From contig CBDCDC010000001.1 in the NCBI GenBank assembly GCA_965215195.1, positions 288,001-352,000 on the forward strand: a stretch of 64,000 bases of DNA, given 5' to 3'. Below are positions 30,749 through 40,614 of the stretch, one piece after another. The DNA comes from Candidatus Latescibacterota bacterium. Its GTDB lineage: Bacteria > Latescibacterota > UBA2968 > UBA8231. The translations under genes were made by a program, and so were the position numbers. The notes below the pieces were generated by a model, which saw only the letters and a list, made by a program, of their open reading frames with translations, made no database searches and was not told where the DNA came from. Each line of letters starts with the position of its first letter. The stretch's first letter is position 1.

Positions 30749-32099
30749 CGCGGGGAATCAGTTCGAGGCCGCCGGTGGCCTTTTCGAGGCGGACGACGCT
30801 GAGGTTGAAGTCGTACAGGGCTTGGCCGTAGCCTTGTTCGCGGCGGGCCCAAGTCTCAAAGGCGGCGATCAAGTCGCCGATGGTCTGCGGGTCGAACTCA
30901 AAATCGTCGCGGGCTTCCCGCAGCCACTGCCGGGCCAATTGCCGACTCTTGCGCGCACCTTGCAAATCGCGGTCGGCGCGGCGATAGTCCAAATAGGCGC
31001 GCTGGACATCTAAGCGGATCCCCTCCTGTGCGCCCGGGACGTGCGCTTCGAGTGCGCGGTATTCAGCGCGGGCCCTATCCACATCCGCTGCCAACAAGTG
31101 CCATTCCAAGGATTGCCGCACTCCGATGAAGACGCCGCCGTTAAAAAAGTTGAACTCGTCTTTGACGAATGGGTTCCGCTGGTCCGTGCGCCCGGGGGCC
31201 ACGGCGTAGCGCAAGCCGCCGCCGATGAACACTTGGGGCTGGTACGCGGCGCGAGCGGCTTGCGCGAGGGCCTGTTTGGCGGCGAGGCCCGCTTGCAGCT
31301 TGCGCCATTCCGGTCGCCGGCCGATGGCTTGTGCGACCAGCTCGTCTAAGGGCGGGACCGAGGCCGCCACCGGCGCGAGTCGCTCGGCGCGCAGCAAGAG
31401 CGGCACCTCGCGGGGCAGGCCCGTGCGCCAAGCCAGTGCCGCCCGCGCCAAAGCCAATTGGTCGCCCACCTCGCGCTGCTGCTGGGCCAAGTCGAGCTGG
31501 GCCAGCCGCAGCTTGTAGCGGTCCGATGGCGAAAGCGCGGGGTCGTCTTCCAAGCCCTCGGCTCGGCTGGCTAGCTCATCGCTCACGCGCTGGGCCAAGG
31601 CGTTTAGGTCTTGGGCCAACAGCAGCCCGTAGTACAGCTCCTTGACGGCAAAGGCCACGTCCAACCGGGCCTGCGACAGGTCGGACTGCTCCACATCGAT
31701 CCCGCGGGTGGCGGCCTCGTCTAAATGGCGACCGAGGCTAAAGGGATAGAGCGGCTGCACAAATTCCAGCTCGGCGCGCGCAAAAGGCCCCAAAGACCGG
31801 ATGCCCGTGGTGTCGGCGGGCGGGTTGAACACACTGCCCATGGCGTCTGGGACTAGGCCGCTTTCGCTGTCGATGCGCAGGCGGGGGAGAACCTTGGCGG
31901 CCGCAACTTGGCGGTGCCGGGCCGCGGCCGACTCAACCTTCCAGCGGCCGCTCGCAACGTCGCCATCGCGGTCCAAGGCGCGGTCGATAAGCTCAGCGAG
32001 CGTCCAGCGCTTGTCGGGCATTTGGGCGCGGGCCGGGAGGGCGGACAAGCACATGGCGAGGCCCCAAATCCCTAGCCATAAGGGGGCACAAATTTGCAT
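30723..32099 (-). CDS. TolC family outer membrane protein
   Basis: Signal peptide; FVQPLY, VKELYYGLL, LDVQRAY and terminal LEKATG motifs. Confidence 0.85.
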   Translation of the reverse strand: MQICAPLWLGIWGLAMCLSALPARAQMPDKRWTLAELIDRALDRDGDVASGRWKVESAAARHRQVAAAKVLPRLRIDSESGLVPDAMGSVFNPPADTTGIRSLGPFARAELEFVQPLYPFSLGRHLDEAATRGIDVEQSDLSQARLDVAFAVKELYYGLLLAQDLNALAQRVSDELASRAEGLEDDPALSPSDRYKLRLAQLDLAQQQREVGDQLALARAALAWRTGLPREVPLLLRAERLAPVAASVPPLDELVAQAIGRRPEWRKLQAGLAAKQALAQAARAAYQPQVFIGGGLRYAVAPGRTDQRNPFVKDEFNFFNGGVFIGVRQSLEWHLLAADVDRARAEYRALEAHVPGAQEGIRLDVQRAYLDYRRADRDLQGARKSRQLARQWLREARDDFEFDPQTIGDLIAAFETWARREQGYGQALYDFNLSVVRLEKATGGLELIPRDEAILSPP

Positions 32100-32293
32100 A
32101 CCAGTGGGAAATCTCGGCGGCGGAAGAGGCGGAATTCGCGGTAATAGCGCGGGTCCGTCATTTTTATAACTTGTTAAAAATAGTTAAGTTAATATACAGG
32201 CTAAGCAATTTAGCGTCAATCCTCCAGCCGCTCTGCTTCTTGGTTTCTACAACACCCCAACACTATGTTTTATACACCTATGTCTTCTTTGAA

Positions 32294-35074
32294 ATGCGCG
32301 CCATGCAGCCGACTTTAGTCGTCCGCGAGGCCTGCGAACACAACCTGCGGGCCGTCTCCTTGGACCTGCCCCACGAATCCCTCGTGGCCGTCAGCGGCCC
32401 GTCCGGGTCGGGCAAGACTTCCCTCGTATTGGACACGATTTACGCCGAGGCGCGCCGGCGCTTTCTCGCGGCGCTGGACCAAGGAGGCGGTTGGCGCGCC
32501 TTGCGCGTACCCAAGGCCAGTCGCATCGATGGCTTGGCCCCGGCCCTCGCGCTGGCCGGGGGGGCCGGCCGCCAAAGTCCGCGGGCTACGGTGGCGACCC
32601 TGTCCGGCTTGTACGACCTGTTGCGCCTGCTCTTCGCCCGCGTCGGTCGGCCCGGCTGCCTCCACTGCGGCGGGCGGGTGCAGACGCATCGCTTTGAGGA
32701 AGCAGGCGAAGCGGCTGCGAGTATGCCAGATGGCACTCGCCTGATGATTCTCGCGCCGCGCCGCCGGCGGGAGGACGAGACGCCCGAGCAGGTACTCGCT
32801 GCAATTGACCGCGCTGGCTATCGCCACGTGCGCCTCGACGGACGAGACCTGTTGCTGGAGGAAGTCGCGCCCGAGCGCATCGCCTGCGCCCAGCACCTGT
32901 CCGTGGTCGTCGATCGCCTCGTCGTCAAAAGGGGCATCGCACACCGCTTGCAAGGGTCGCTGCAAGCGGCCTTAGAGGCGGGCGACGGCCAAGTGGTACT
33001 TTCTACCCCAAGCGCAGGAAGCGATTTGGTTTTTGCGGTGCGACCGGCGTGCGCGGCCTGTGGCGAGCCCTTCCCGCCCCTAGAACCCGCGCTGTTTTCC
33101 TTTAATAGTGCGGCCGGGGCCTGCGCGGCGTGTCGGGGCCTCGGGGTGCAGAATGGCTTGAGCCGCGAGCAGATCTTCGCCGATGGAAGGGCCACGCTCG
33201 AAGGGGCACTGGGTCCTTTGTGGCACGACTTTGGGCACGGCGATTTGCGCGACCGCCTACAAGCCTTCTGCCGGCGGCACCAAGTCGATCCCGAACAGCC
33301 CGTGGGCGAGTGGCCGGGCCCAGTGGCCGAGCGGCTGTGGCGCGGCGAGGGTCGGCCGGGCCGGTTTATCGGGCTGGCGCGCTGGCTGGAGCGCGTGGGG
33401 GCCAAAGCCCAAGGCGAGGAATTGACCTATCTGGAGGAACGCCTCGACGACGCGCCGTGCCCTAGCTGCGGCGGGGCGCGCTTGCGGCCCGAATCCCTCG
33501 CCGTGGAATTGGGCGGGGCGTCCATTGCCGCGGTCGGCGAGTGCGCGGTTGCCGCAGCCGCCAAGTGGCTCCGGGGCCTCGATTTTCCCGCGACTATAGC
33601 CCCCGTGGGCGAGGCCATCCGCGCCCAAATCGACCGCCGGCTGAACCTGTTGCAAGAGCTGGGGCTGGAGTACTTGCAACTGAATCGCCGCGCCGACACC
33701 CTGTCGAGTGGAGAGTTTCAGCGGCTGCGCCTCGGATCCGCCCTGTCGTCGGGCACCACCCAGATGCTCTACGTGCTCGACGAACCCAGCGCCGGTCTGC
33801 ACGCCCGCGACGCCGCCCAGCTCCTAGACGCGCTCAGGGCCCTGCGCGACGCCGGGAACTCGGTGCTTCTAATAGAACACGACGCGGCGCTCTTGCGCGG
33901 GGCTGACTGGCTGATCGACATGGGCCCGGGCGCGGGGATCGCCGGAGGACAGGTCGTGGCCGAGGGTACGCCGAGCGAGGTGGCGGCGGCCGACTCTTTG
34001 ACCGGACGCTATCTGGGCGGGGCCCTGCAATTGCCGCGCACCCGAGCGCGCAGGCCGCAGGCGTGGTTGGTGCTATCCGGTGCCCGCGGCCACAACTTGC
34101 GCCACCTCAACGTGAAATGGCCGTTGGGGACCTTGACCTGCGTGACCGGGGTTTCCGGATCGGGCAAAAGCTCGCTGGTCAGCCACACCTTGCATCCGCT
34201 CTTGGCGGCCAAACTGCACGGTGCCCAGCGGCGACCCCTGCCCTATAGCTCTTGCACTGGAATTGAGCAGGTGGCACGCGTCGTGGCGGTTGATCAGCGG
34301 CCCATTGGCCGCACCACACGCTCAAATGCGGCAACCTACACTGGGTTGCTAGCGCCGATTCGCCGCCTGTTCGCCGACCTGCCCGCAGCCCGCCTGCGGG
34401 GCTACCGGCCCGGGCACTTCAGCTTCAACGCCCCGGAGGGTGCCTGCGACCTGTGCAAGGGCCGGGGGATGCACCGTACGCGCCGGGGCGCGTTGCACCG
34501 CCTGTTTGACGATCTCGAAGTCGTCTGCCCCTCTTGCAGCGGGCGGCGCTACCGCGCCGAAGTCCTGGACGTGCGCTTCCGCCAGCACCACATCGCCGAA
34601 GTGCTGGAGATGAGCGTGGCCGCGGCGAGTGCGCTTTTTGCGGCCGTGCCCCAAGTCGCGCAGCGGCTAGCGACCCTTGCGGAAGTGGGCTTGGGGTACT
34701 TGCACCTCGGCCAACCGGCGACCAGTTTCTCCGGCGGCGAAGCCCAGCGGGTTAAGCTGGCGGCCGAACTGGGCCGCTCGCGCCAAGACCACGCGCTCTA
34801 CATACTCGACGAGCCGACCGTGGGCCTGCACTTGGAGGATGTGCGCTTGCTGCTCGCCCTGTTGCAGCGCTTAGTTGACGAAGGCAATACGGTCGTGGTG
34901 GTTGAACATCACATCGAATTCATCGCGGCCGCCGACTGGGTCATCGACTTGGGGCCAGAAGGCGGGGAAGCTGGCGGGGCGATCACAGCTTGCGGCCGCC
35001 CCGAGGAAGTAGCCGGCGCGGCCGGATCCCACACGGGTATGCACTTGCAGCAGTTGTTGGCCGCGCAGAGTTGA
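32294..35074 (+). CDS. uvrA: UvrA-like excinuclease subunit (divergent paralog)
   Basis: EHNL, two Walker A motifs (GPSGSGKTS, GVSGSGKSS), LSSGE/FSGGE signatures, LDEP twice and CxxC zinc modules. Confidence 0.85.
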   Translation: MRAMQPTLVVREACEHNLRAVSLDLPHESLVAVSGPSGSGKTSLVLDTIYAEARRRFLAALDQGGGWRALRVPKASRIDGLAPALALAGGAGRQSPRATVATLSGLYDLLRLLFARVGRPGCLHCGGRVQTHRFEEAGEAAASMPDGTRLMILAPRRRREDETPEQVLAAIDRAGYRHVRLDGRDLLLEEVAPERIACAQHLSVVVDRLVVKRGIAHRLQGSLQAALEAGDGQVVLSTPSAGSDLVFAVRPACAACGEPFPPLEPALFSFNSAAGACAACRGLGVQNGLSREQIFADGRATLEGALGPLWHDFGHGDLRDRLQAFCRRHQVDPEQPVGEWPGPVAERLWRGEGRPGRFIGLARWLERVGAKAQGEELTYLEERLDDAPCPSCGGARLRPESLAVELGGASIAAVGECAVAAAAKWLRGLDFPATIAPVGEAIRAQIDRRLNLLQELGLEYLQLNRRADTLSSGEFQRLRLGSALSSGTTQMLYVLDEPSAGLHARDAAQLLDALRALRDAGNSVLLIEHDAALLRGADWLIDMGPGAGIAGGQVVAEGTPSEVAAADSLTGRYLGGALQLPRTRARRPQAWLVLSGARGHNLRHLNVKWPLGTLTCVTGVSGSGKSSLVSHTLHPLLAAKLHGAQRRPLPYSSCTGIEQVARVVAVDQRPIGRTTRSNAATYTGLLAPIRRLFADLPAARLRGYRPGHFSFNAPEGACDLCKGRGMHRTRRGALHRLFDDLEVVCPSCSGRRYRAEVLDVRFRQHHIAEVLEMSVAAASALFAAVPQVAQRLATLAEVGLGYLHLGQPATSFSGGEAQRVKLAAELGRSRQDHALYILDEPTVGLHLEDVRLLLALLQRLVDEGNTVVVVEHHIEFIAAADWVIDLGPEGGEAGGAITACGRPEEVAGAAGSHTGMHLQQLLAAQS

Positions 35075-35094
35075 GCTAGCTGAGGAGCCTTTCA

Positions 35095-36264
35095 TTGGAC
35101 CTGCAAAAAATACAAGCCTATATGCAGCAGGAAGGGATCGGCGCTTGGTTGGTGTACGATTTTCGCGGCGGCAATCCGGTCTTGTGGCAGCTTTTGGGCC
35201 AGCGGCGGCAGACGACCCGGCGCGTCTTTCTCATCGTGCCGGCCGCGACCGCGCCGCGCCTGCTCGGCTCGGCGGTTGAGCCGCAGGCCCTCGCCGGGCT
35301 GGACGTGGAGATCGTCCATTACGCTAGTTGGGAACAGCTCCATGCCCTGTTGCGCGATGCAGTGGGCGGGCTGGCGCAGGTGGCCATGGAGTACTGGCCC
35401 GGGGGGGCGCTGCCCACCGCGTCTTGGGTTGATGGCGGCACCTTAGACCTGGTGCGATCCCTCGGCCCTGAGGTGGTGTCTTCGGCCAATCTGTGCCAAG
35501 TCGCCTTGGCCACGTGGAGTGCGGACGCGCTCGCTTCGCACCGCGACGCCTGCCGCCAAGTGGCCGCAGTCAAGGACGCGGCCTTTGAGTACATTCGCCG
35601 CCGGCTCCACACCGGCCTCACCGAATTCGACGTCCAGGCGTTCATCGCCGCCGAACTAGAGCGGCGCGGCCTCGACATGGGGCATCGGCCGATCGTCGGG
35701 GTCAATGGCAACAGCGGCAATCCGCACTACGAGCCGCACGCGGCCACGGCCGCCCCTATTGAGCCGGGCGCTTGGATTCTCATCGACTTGTGGGCGCGCC
35801 ACCCCGGCGAACAGCACGTATTTGGCGACATGACTTGGGTCGCCTTTGCCGGCCCGTGCGTACCAGCAGCTCACGCCGAGGTCTTTGCCGCAGTGCGCGA
35901 AGCGCGCGATCTGGTGCTGGCGCGGCTTGCCGCCGCGTGGCGCGCTGGCGAAGTGCTCGAGGGCTGGCAACTCGACCGCGTGGCGCGCCACGCCATGACA
36001 AAGCGCGGCTTGGGCGAGCAGTTCGTCCACCGCACCGGGCACAGCCTCGGCCCGGGGCCGAGCATCCACGCGCTGGGCGCAAACCTCGACGACCTAGAGA
36101 CTCACGACGCCCGGTCGATCCTACCGGGCACGGGCTTTTCCGTGGAGCCGGGCGCGTACCTGCCGGAGTTCGGCGTGCGGCTCGAAGTCAATGTGTACGT
36201 GAATCCAGAGACCGGACCGGAAGTTACGACCCCCATCCAAAACGAAGTCGTCCTCTTGCTTTGA
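35095..36264 (+). CDS. M24 (Xaa-Pro) aminopeptidase
   Basis: NPHYEP, ILIDLWA, GDMTW, HRTGHSLG, SVEPG and GVRLE motifs. Confidence 0.9.
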   Translation: MDLQKIQAYMQQEGIGAWLVYDFRGGNPVLWQLLGQRRQTTRRVFLIVPAATAPRLLGSAVEPQALAGLDVEIVHYASWEQLHALLRDAVGGLAQVAMEYWPGGALPTASWVDGGTLDLVRSLGPEVVSSANLCQVALATWSADALASHRDACRQVAAVKDAAFEYIRRRLHTGLTEFDVQAFIAAELERRGLDMGHRPIVGVNGNSGNPHYEPHAATAAPIEPGAWILIDLWARHPGEQHVFGDMTWVAFAGPCVPAAHAEVFAAVREARDLVLARLAAAWRAGEVLEGWQLDRVARHAMTKRGLGEQFVHRTGHSLGPGPSIHALGANLDDLETHDARSILPGTGFSVEPGAYLPEFGVRLEVNVYVNPETGPEVTTPIQNEVVLLL

Positions 36265-36926
36265 GCCTCGCAATCGTCCTCGTCAGCGGCGGGCTCGACT
36301 CCTGCGTCGCCGCCGCCATTGCCGCTCGCCGCGGCCCCTTGGCCTTTCTCCACTTGCGCTATCGCCAGCGCACCGAGGAGCGCGAATTCGCGGCGTTTAC
36401 CGCCCTCGCGGATCACTTTCAGGTGGAGACTCGCCTCGTGGTGGACGTCGAGTACATGCGTCAGATCGGCGGCTCCAGCTTGGTTGATGCCACCCAGCCC
36501 ATCCCCGAAAACGAGGCCGCCGGACTGCCTTCGACCTACGTTCCCTTCCGCAACGCCAACCTACTCGGCGTGGCCGTGGCTTGGGCCGAGGTCATTGGCG
36601 CCACCGACATCTACATCGGTGTCCACGAAGCAGAGAGCCAGTACCCGGACTGCCGGCGAGAATTTTTCGCCGCTTACGAGCGCATGGTCGCCGCGGGTAC
36701 TGGTCCGCAAACCCAAGTGTGCATCCAGACCCCGCTCATAGACTGGGACAAAGCCGCCATCGTCCGCTGTGGCCTAGCGCTCAGCGCCCCCCTGCACCTG
36801 ACCTGGTCCTGCTATCAGCGCGAAGACCTCGCCTGCGGCCGCTGCGAAAGCTGCCGCGTACGCCTAGCCGGCTTTGGCCGGGCCGGTGCCGCCGACTTCT
36901 TGTCCTATGCGAATGGCAGGGATTAG
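36261..36926 (+). CDS. queC: 7-cyano-7-deazaguanine synthase
   Basis: TTG start overlapping the upstream stop; SGGLDS, STYVPFRN, YPDCR and TWSCY...CGRCESC motifs. Confidence 0.92.
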   Translation: MSLAIVLVSGGLDSCVAAAIAARRGPLAFLHLRYRQRTEEREFAAFTALADHFQVETRLVVDVEYMRQIGGSSLVDATQPIPENEAAGLPSTYVPFRNANLLGVAVAWAEVIGATDIYIGVHEAESQYPDCRREFFAAYERMVAAGTGPQTQVCIQTPLIDWDKAAIVRCGLALSAPLHLTWSCYQREDLACGRCESCRVRLAGFGRAGAADFLSYANGRD

Positions 36927-36989
36927 TGGTCAGCCCGCCCCTTTGCGTCCCGGCCTAAAGCACCTATCCACTTACCAAGGAGCTAACCC

Positions 36990-38573
36990 ATGCTAATCGG
37001 CTACGTCAGCGACGAACGCTACATCGCCCTGCACGACGTGCAGCTCGAACTCGCCAACGAAAACCTGCACGTCGAAACCCGCTCGCGGGCCACCGGCGAG
37101 GTCTTCGCCGACATCCCCCCCGGCCCCTACACCGCGACCTTGCAAAAAGACGGCTTCGGCCCCAAGCGCGTGCAGGTCGACATCCACCCCGACCGACCGC
37201 ACCACTTCCGCTTGCTCGCTCATCAGTTGCTCGGCTACGCTTGGCCCAAGTGGGTCAAAGCGGGCGAGCAATCCGAGTTCCGCGTCCACTCGCTCGAAGC
37301 CTACCGCCTCGACTTGTGGCGCTACGGCTGGGAAAAAGAGCACATCCGCCCGCTGGGCTGGTTCGACGAGCACGGGCCGCGCGCCACCATGCAGATTACC
37401 CCGGATGGCGACTACGCGCAGACCGGGGTGATGTGGAACAAGTTTGGTTATACCAGCCCCTCCCACAAACAGTTCGCGGCCGCGCCGCAACGCTCGGGCC
37501 TGTACTACTTCCACGCCCAAGCTGAATCCGGCGCGTTTTTCTCCTTTCCCTGGATCGTCGCCCCGGCCGCCCCCAGCGCAGACATCGCGGTCCTCGCCGC
37601 CAACATCAACTGGAACGCGTACAACAATTTTGGCGGGCGCTCCAACTACATCCACCCCGACCGCTTGCCGGACGCGCCGACGATCAACGCCCGCCTCGAG
37701 CTGAAGCGCTACACCGACCCCGAGCACATCAACTACGACGCCGAAGACTACGCCCCGCTCTCCTTTGACCGGCCCGAGCCGCTCAACCACGTCCCCGCAG
37801 ATGTCGCGATCACCGACCCCATTGCCGGACGCGCCGCCTGTCACGTGGCCCCGGCCGAGTGGCGCTTCCTCGGCTGGCTAGAGCGCGAGGGCTTTGCCTA
37901 CGACCTGTACGCCGAGACCCAATTGCACTTTGGCCAGCTCGACCTCGATCAGTACAAAGTCCTCATCATCACCACCCATCCCGAGTACTGGTCGCGCAAG
38001 ATGTACTACGCGGTCAAGGCGTGGGTGCGCGAGCGCGGCGGCAAACTCATGTACTTGGGAGGCAACGGCCTCAACTGCGAGGTGGAGCTAATCGACGAGC
38101 AGACCATGAAGGTCAAAAACGGCGACGTGCGCGTCCAGCGGGCCAAAGGCCACGAGAGCCGCTTTCACCAGTACAACGAGTCCGAGGCCAACCTGCTCGG
38201 CGTGGTCTTTACCCATCCGGGCATTATGACGGCCGCGCCGTACCAAGTCCTCGACGCGGACCACTGGATTTTTGCCGGCACGGGCGTCACAAACGGCGAT
38301 GCCTTTGGCGCAGCCAGCTTGCACGAGCGCATACCCGGCGGCGCCTCCGGCCACGAGACCGACAAAACCTCGCCCTTTTCGCCCCCCGGCACCGAAATCG
38401 TCGCCCGCGGCCTCAACCCGGACCGCGGCGGCGCGGAAATCGTCCACTACGAAACAGCGAGCGGCGGCGCGGTTTTTTCCGTTGGCTCCATCACCTATCC
38501 AGCCTCCATTCTCGTGGACGAGACCGTCTCGCGCATCACCGCGAACGTCGTCGAGTGTTTTGTCGCGGCATAG
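36990..38573 (+). CDS. N,N-dimethylformamidase large-subunit-like protein with an N-terminal Ig-like domain
   Basis: SGLYYFH, WNAYNNFGGRSNY, LSFDRP, HPEYWS, YLGGN, SGHETD and GGAVFSVGSI motifs. Confidence 0.75.
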   Translation: MLIGYVSDERYIALHDVQLELANENLHVETRSRATGEVFADIPPGPYTATLQKDGFGPKRVQVDIHPDRPHHFRLLAHQLLGYAWPKWVKAGEQSEFRVHSLEAYRLDLWRYGWEKEHIRPLGWFDEHGPRATMQITPDGDYAQTGVMWNKFGYTSPSHKQFAAAPQRSGLYYFHAQAESGAFFSFPWIVAPAAPSADIAVLAANINWNAYNNFGGRSNYIHPDRLPDAPTINARLELKRYTDPEHINYDAEDYAPLSFDRPEPLNHVPADVAITDPIAGRAACHVAPAEWRFLGWLEREGFAYDLYAETQLHFGQLDLDQYKVLIITTHPEYWSRKMYYAVKAWVRERGGKLMYLGGNGLNCEVELIDEQTMKVKNGDVRVQRAKGHESRFHQYNESEANLLGVVFTHPGIMTAAPYQVLDADHWIFAGTGVTNGDAFGAASLHERIPGGASGHETDKTSPFSPPGTEIVARGLNPDRGGAEIVHYETASGGAVFSVGSITYPASILVDETVSRITANVVECFVAA

Positions 38574-38633
38574 CCAACACACCCGTTTGGCCTTATCTTT
38601 AGATGCTTTAGGCTGTTAGGAGACGAAATTTTC

Positions 38634-38993
38634 ATGGCTACCGAGCCAAGCAAAAGCCTAGCGGTTTTTGCCAATCCCCATCCGGACCGCAACTACACAA
38701 TTGAGTTCTCGTGTCCGGAATTCACTTCGATATGTCCCGTGACCGGGCAACCGGATTTTGGCACCATCCACATCCGCTACGTGCCCGACCAGCACTGCAT
38801 TGAGCTCAAATCGCTCAAGCTCTACCTGTGGTCCTTTCGCCAAGAGGGCGCGTACTACGAAGCGGTCACCAACACCATCCTCAGCGATTTAGTGGCCGCC
38901 TGCGCACCGCGGCGCATGACGGTGGTGGGAGACTTCAATGTGCGCGGCGGCATTTCCGCCGTCGTGACGGCCGAATTTGCCCCGCAGCCCTAA
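38634..38993 (+). CDS. queF: preQ1 synthase (type I QueF)
   Basis: [25 protein letters not shown] and FNVRGGI motifs. Confidence 0.95.
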   Translation: MATEPSKSLAVFANPHPDRNYTIEFSCPEFTSICPVTGQPDFGTIHIRYVPDQHCIELKSLKLYLWSFRQEGAYYEAVTNTILSDLVAACAPRRMTVVGDFNVRGGISAVVTAEFAPQP

Positions 38994-39020
38994 CGCCCGG
39001 AGACATATCAATCTTATCGA

Positions 39021-39812
39021 ATGGAGACGACGATGGAAGAAGTACGCCAAGACGCTGCTGAGACGACCGCGGAAGAAGGATCCGGAGAAAACGGCAGCCG
39101 GCAGGACCGAGCTTGGTTTCCCTACATCACCAAGGTGCAGTTTGAGCGGTTCCTCTCGCGGCTGGAGAGCAAGATCCCGGACCAAGTCGATCGCGACTAC
39201 GTGCGGCCTATTATTCGCACCCCGTCGATGATTCACCGCTTTTTGCGCGGCATCGAATCCATGAACCTGACCGACCGCAACCAAAAGCCCACGGACTTGC
39301 TCCTGCGGCTAGTTTCACAGGAGACGCGCAAATTTGCGCTCGCCGAAGTGATCCGCGACCTGTACAAGGATTTGCTGCCGGAGTGGGAACAGAGCAACGG
39401 CAGCATGAGCGACGACGCGATTGTCGATTACTTCCGCACCCGCACCGGCATGGGACGCGATTCGGCCAACAAGATGAAGATGTTTTTCAAATATCTCATC
39501 GCCGAAGCCGACTTTGGCGATCCCCTCGCGCCGCAAAGGGACGAACCCGCGCCGCAAAGGGACGAACCCGCGCCGCAAGAAGATCGCAGCGCCCGAGAAC
39601 CCGCCCCCAAGGAGCGTCCCGGGCGCGACGGACGCACCAAGCGCACCAACTCCGAGCGCCAAGAGCGCCCTCTGACCGAGACGCAGCGAGCCTATCTGGA
39701 CACCCTCCAATCCACGGTCCAGATCAACATTGACGGCGACTGGGACGAAGACATGATCCGCCTCGTCTTCGACCGCCTGGAACGGCTCTTCGACCGCTTG
39801 CGGCGCGCCTAA
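39021..39812 (+). CDS. Hypothetical protein, DUF5343-like N-terminal domain
   Basis: Genome-like codon use; the FPYIT...IPDQVDRDYV pattern recalls DUF5343 (tentative). Confidence 0.55.
   Translation: METTMEEVRQDAAETTAEEGSGENGSRQDRAWFPYITKVQFERFLSRLESKIPDQVDRDYVRPIIRTPSMIHRFLRGIESMNLTDRNQKPTDLLLRLVSQETRKFALAEVIRDLYKDLLPEWEQSNGSMSDDAIVDYFRTRTGMGRDSANKMKMFFKYLIAEADFGDPLAPQRDEPAPQRDEPAPQEDRSAREPAPKERPGRDGRTKRTNSERQERPLTETQRAYLDTLQSTVQINIDGDWDEDMIRLVFDRLERLFDRLRRA
39527..39578 (+). repeat. 21-bp in-frame tandem repeat x2.5 (APQRDEP)
   Basis: cgcgccgcaaagggacgaacc twice plus a partial copy. Confidence 0.9.
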
Positions 39813-39943
39813 AGCCCGGTCTTTGGTTCGAGGATATACGGGCCGCACTGAAAACACAGCGGTCGCCGCGTCGTGCCCTTCGCCCCTCTGATCCATGTCA
39901 CAGGTTATCGAGATGGCCGCCGTGCCGATCCATCGGCATCAAT

Positions 39944-40561
39944 CTATCCCTTGGCGAAGTCGAACAGGGCCGTCACGTCGGCGGCGAAGCCGTCTAACAG
40001 CGGCGAGGTCGCTGCGTCACCGCGGGCGAACACGCCGTGTTCGACATAAGCCCCCCCGCTGAGAGTCAGCACGGTGATGGTCTCAAAGCGGGGATCGACG
40101 ACCCAATACTCGGAGATGCCCGCCTCGGCGTAGTCGGCGCGTTTGGTGATGAGATCCCGGGTCGGGTCGTCCGGGCTGACGACCTCCACCGTCAGGTCCG
40201 CGCCCAACCAGAAGCGGTCCTGATTGCGGGGATCCGAGCGGTCGAGGAGCGCCGCTAAGTCGGGTTCGCGGAACTTGCCTTCGCGGATGCGCACCCGCAA
40301 CCCGGCGAACAGGACGAACCCGCCGCGGGGTTTGAGGTACGCATTGAACCGATCATTGAGGAACGAAAGCATGGCTTGGTGCATAACGGTGGGCATGGGC
40401 AGTTCCTCGACATAGCCATCGGTGAATTCGAGCAAGCGGCGGGTTCGGTCGGTGAGCCACAGGTATTGCTCGTCGCCCCAGTAGCCTTGGGGTGGCATCG
40501 AGTCACATAGGAGGGCGTCCAGCGCGTCTTGGGAGGTCGTTGTGGTCGGTGCTTGCGTCAT
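39944..40561 (-). CDS. Uma2 (DUF820) PD-(D/E)XK endonuclease, copy 1
   Basis: EFTDG, REPDL, VEVVSP, KRADYAEAGI.EYWVVDP motifs. Confidence 0.92.
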   Translation of the reverse strand: MTQAPTTTTSQDALDALLCDSMPPQGYWGDEQYLWLTDRTRRLLEFTDGYVEELPMPTVMHQAMLSFLNDRFNAYLKPRGGFVLFAGLRVRIREGKFREPDLAALLDRSDPRNQDRFWLGADLTVEVVSPDDPTRDLITKRADYAEAGISEYWVVDPRFETITVLTLSGGAYVEHGVFARGDAATSPLLDGFAADVTALFDFAKG

Positions 40562-40614
40562 GGCGTCATCCTCGACTGGGCGGTGGAAGTGTAATCCAGC
40601 CCGCAAAGTGGAAC

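Noticed and set aside
32160-32293. LexA/SOS box upstream of uvrA, and the 32171 TTG start
   Set aside because: No match to a LexA consensus I can support; the extension is AT-rich intergenic DNA.
36261-38993. QatABCD or Dpd deazaguanine defence system; preQ1 riboswitch
   Set aside because: queC and queF look like short housekeeping types, there is no TatD or DpdA nearby, and I see no riboswitch motif.
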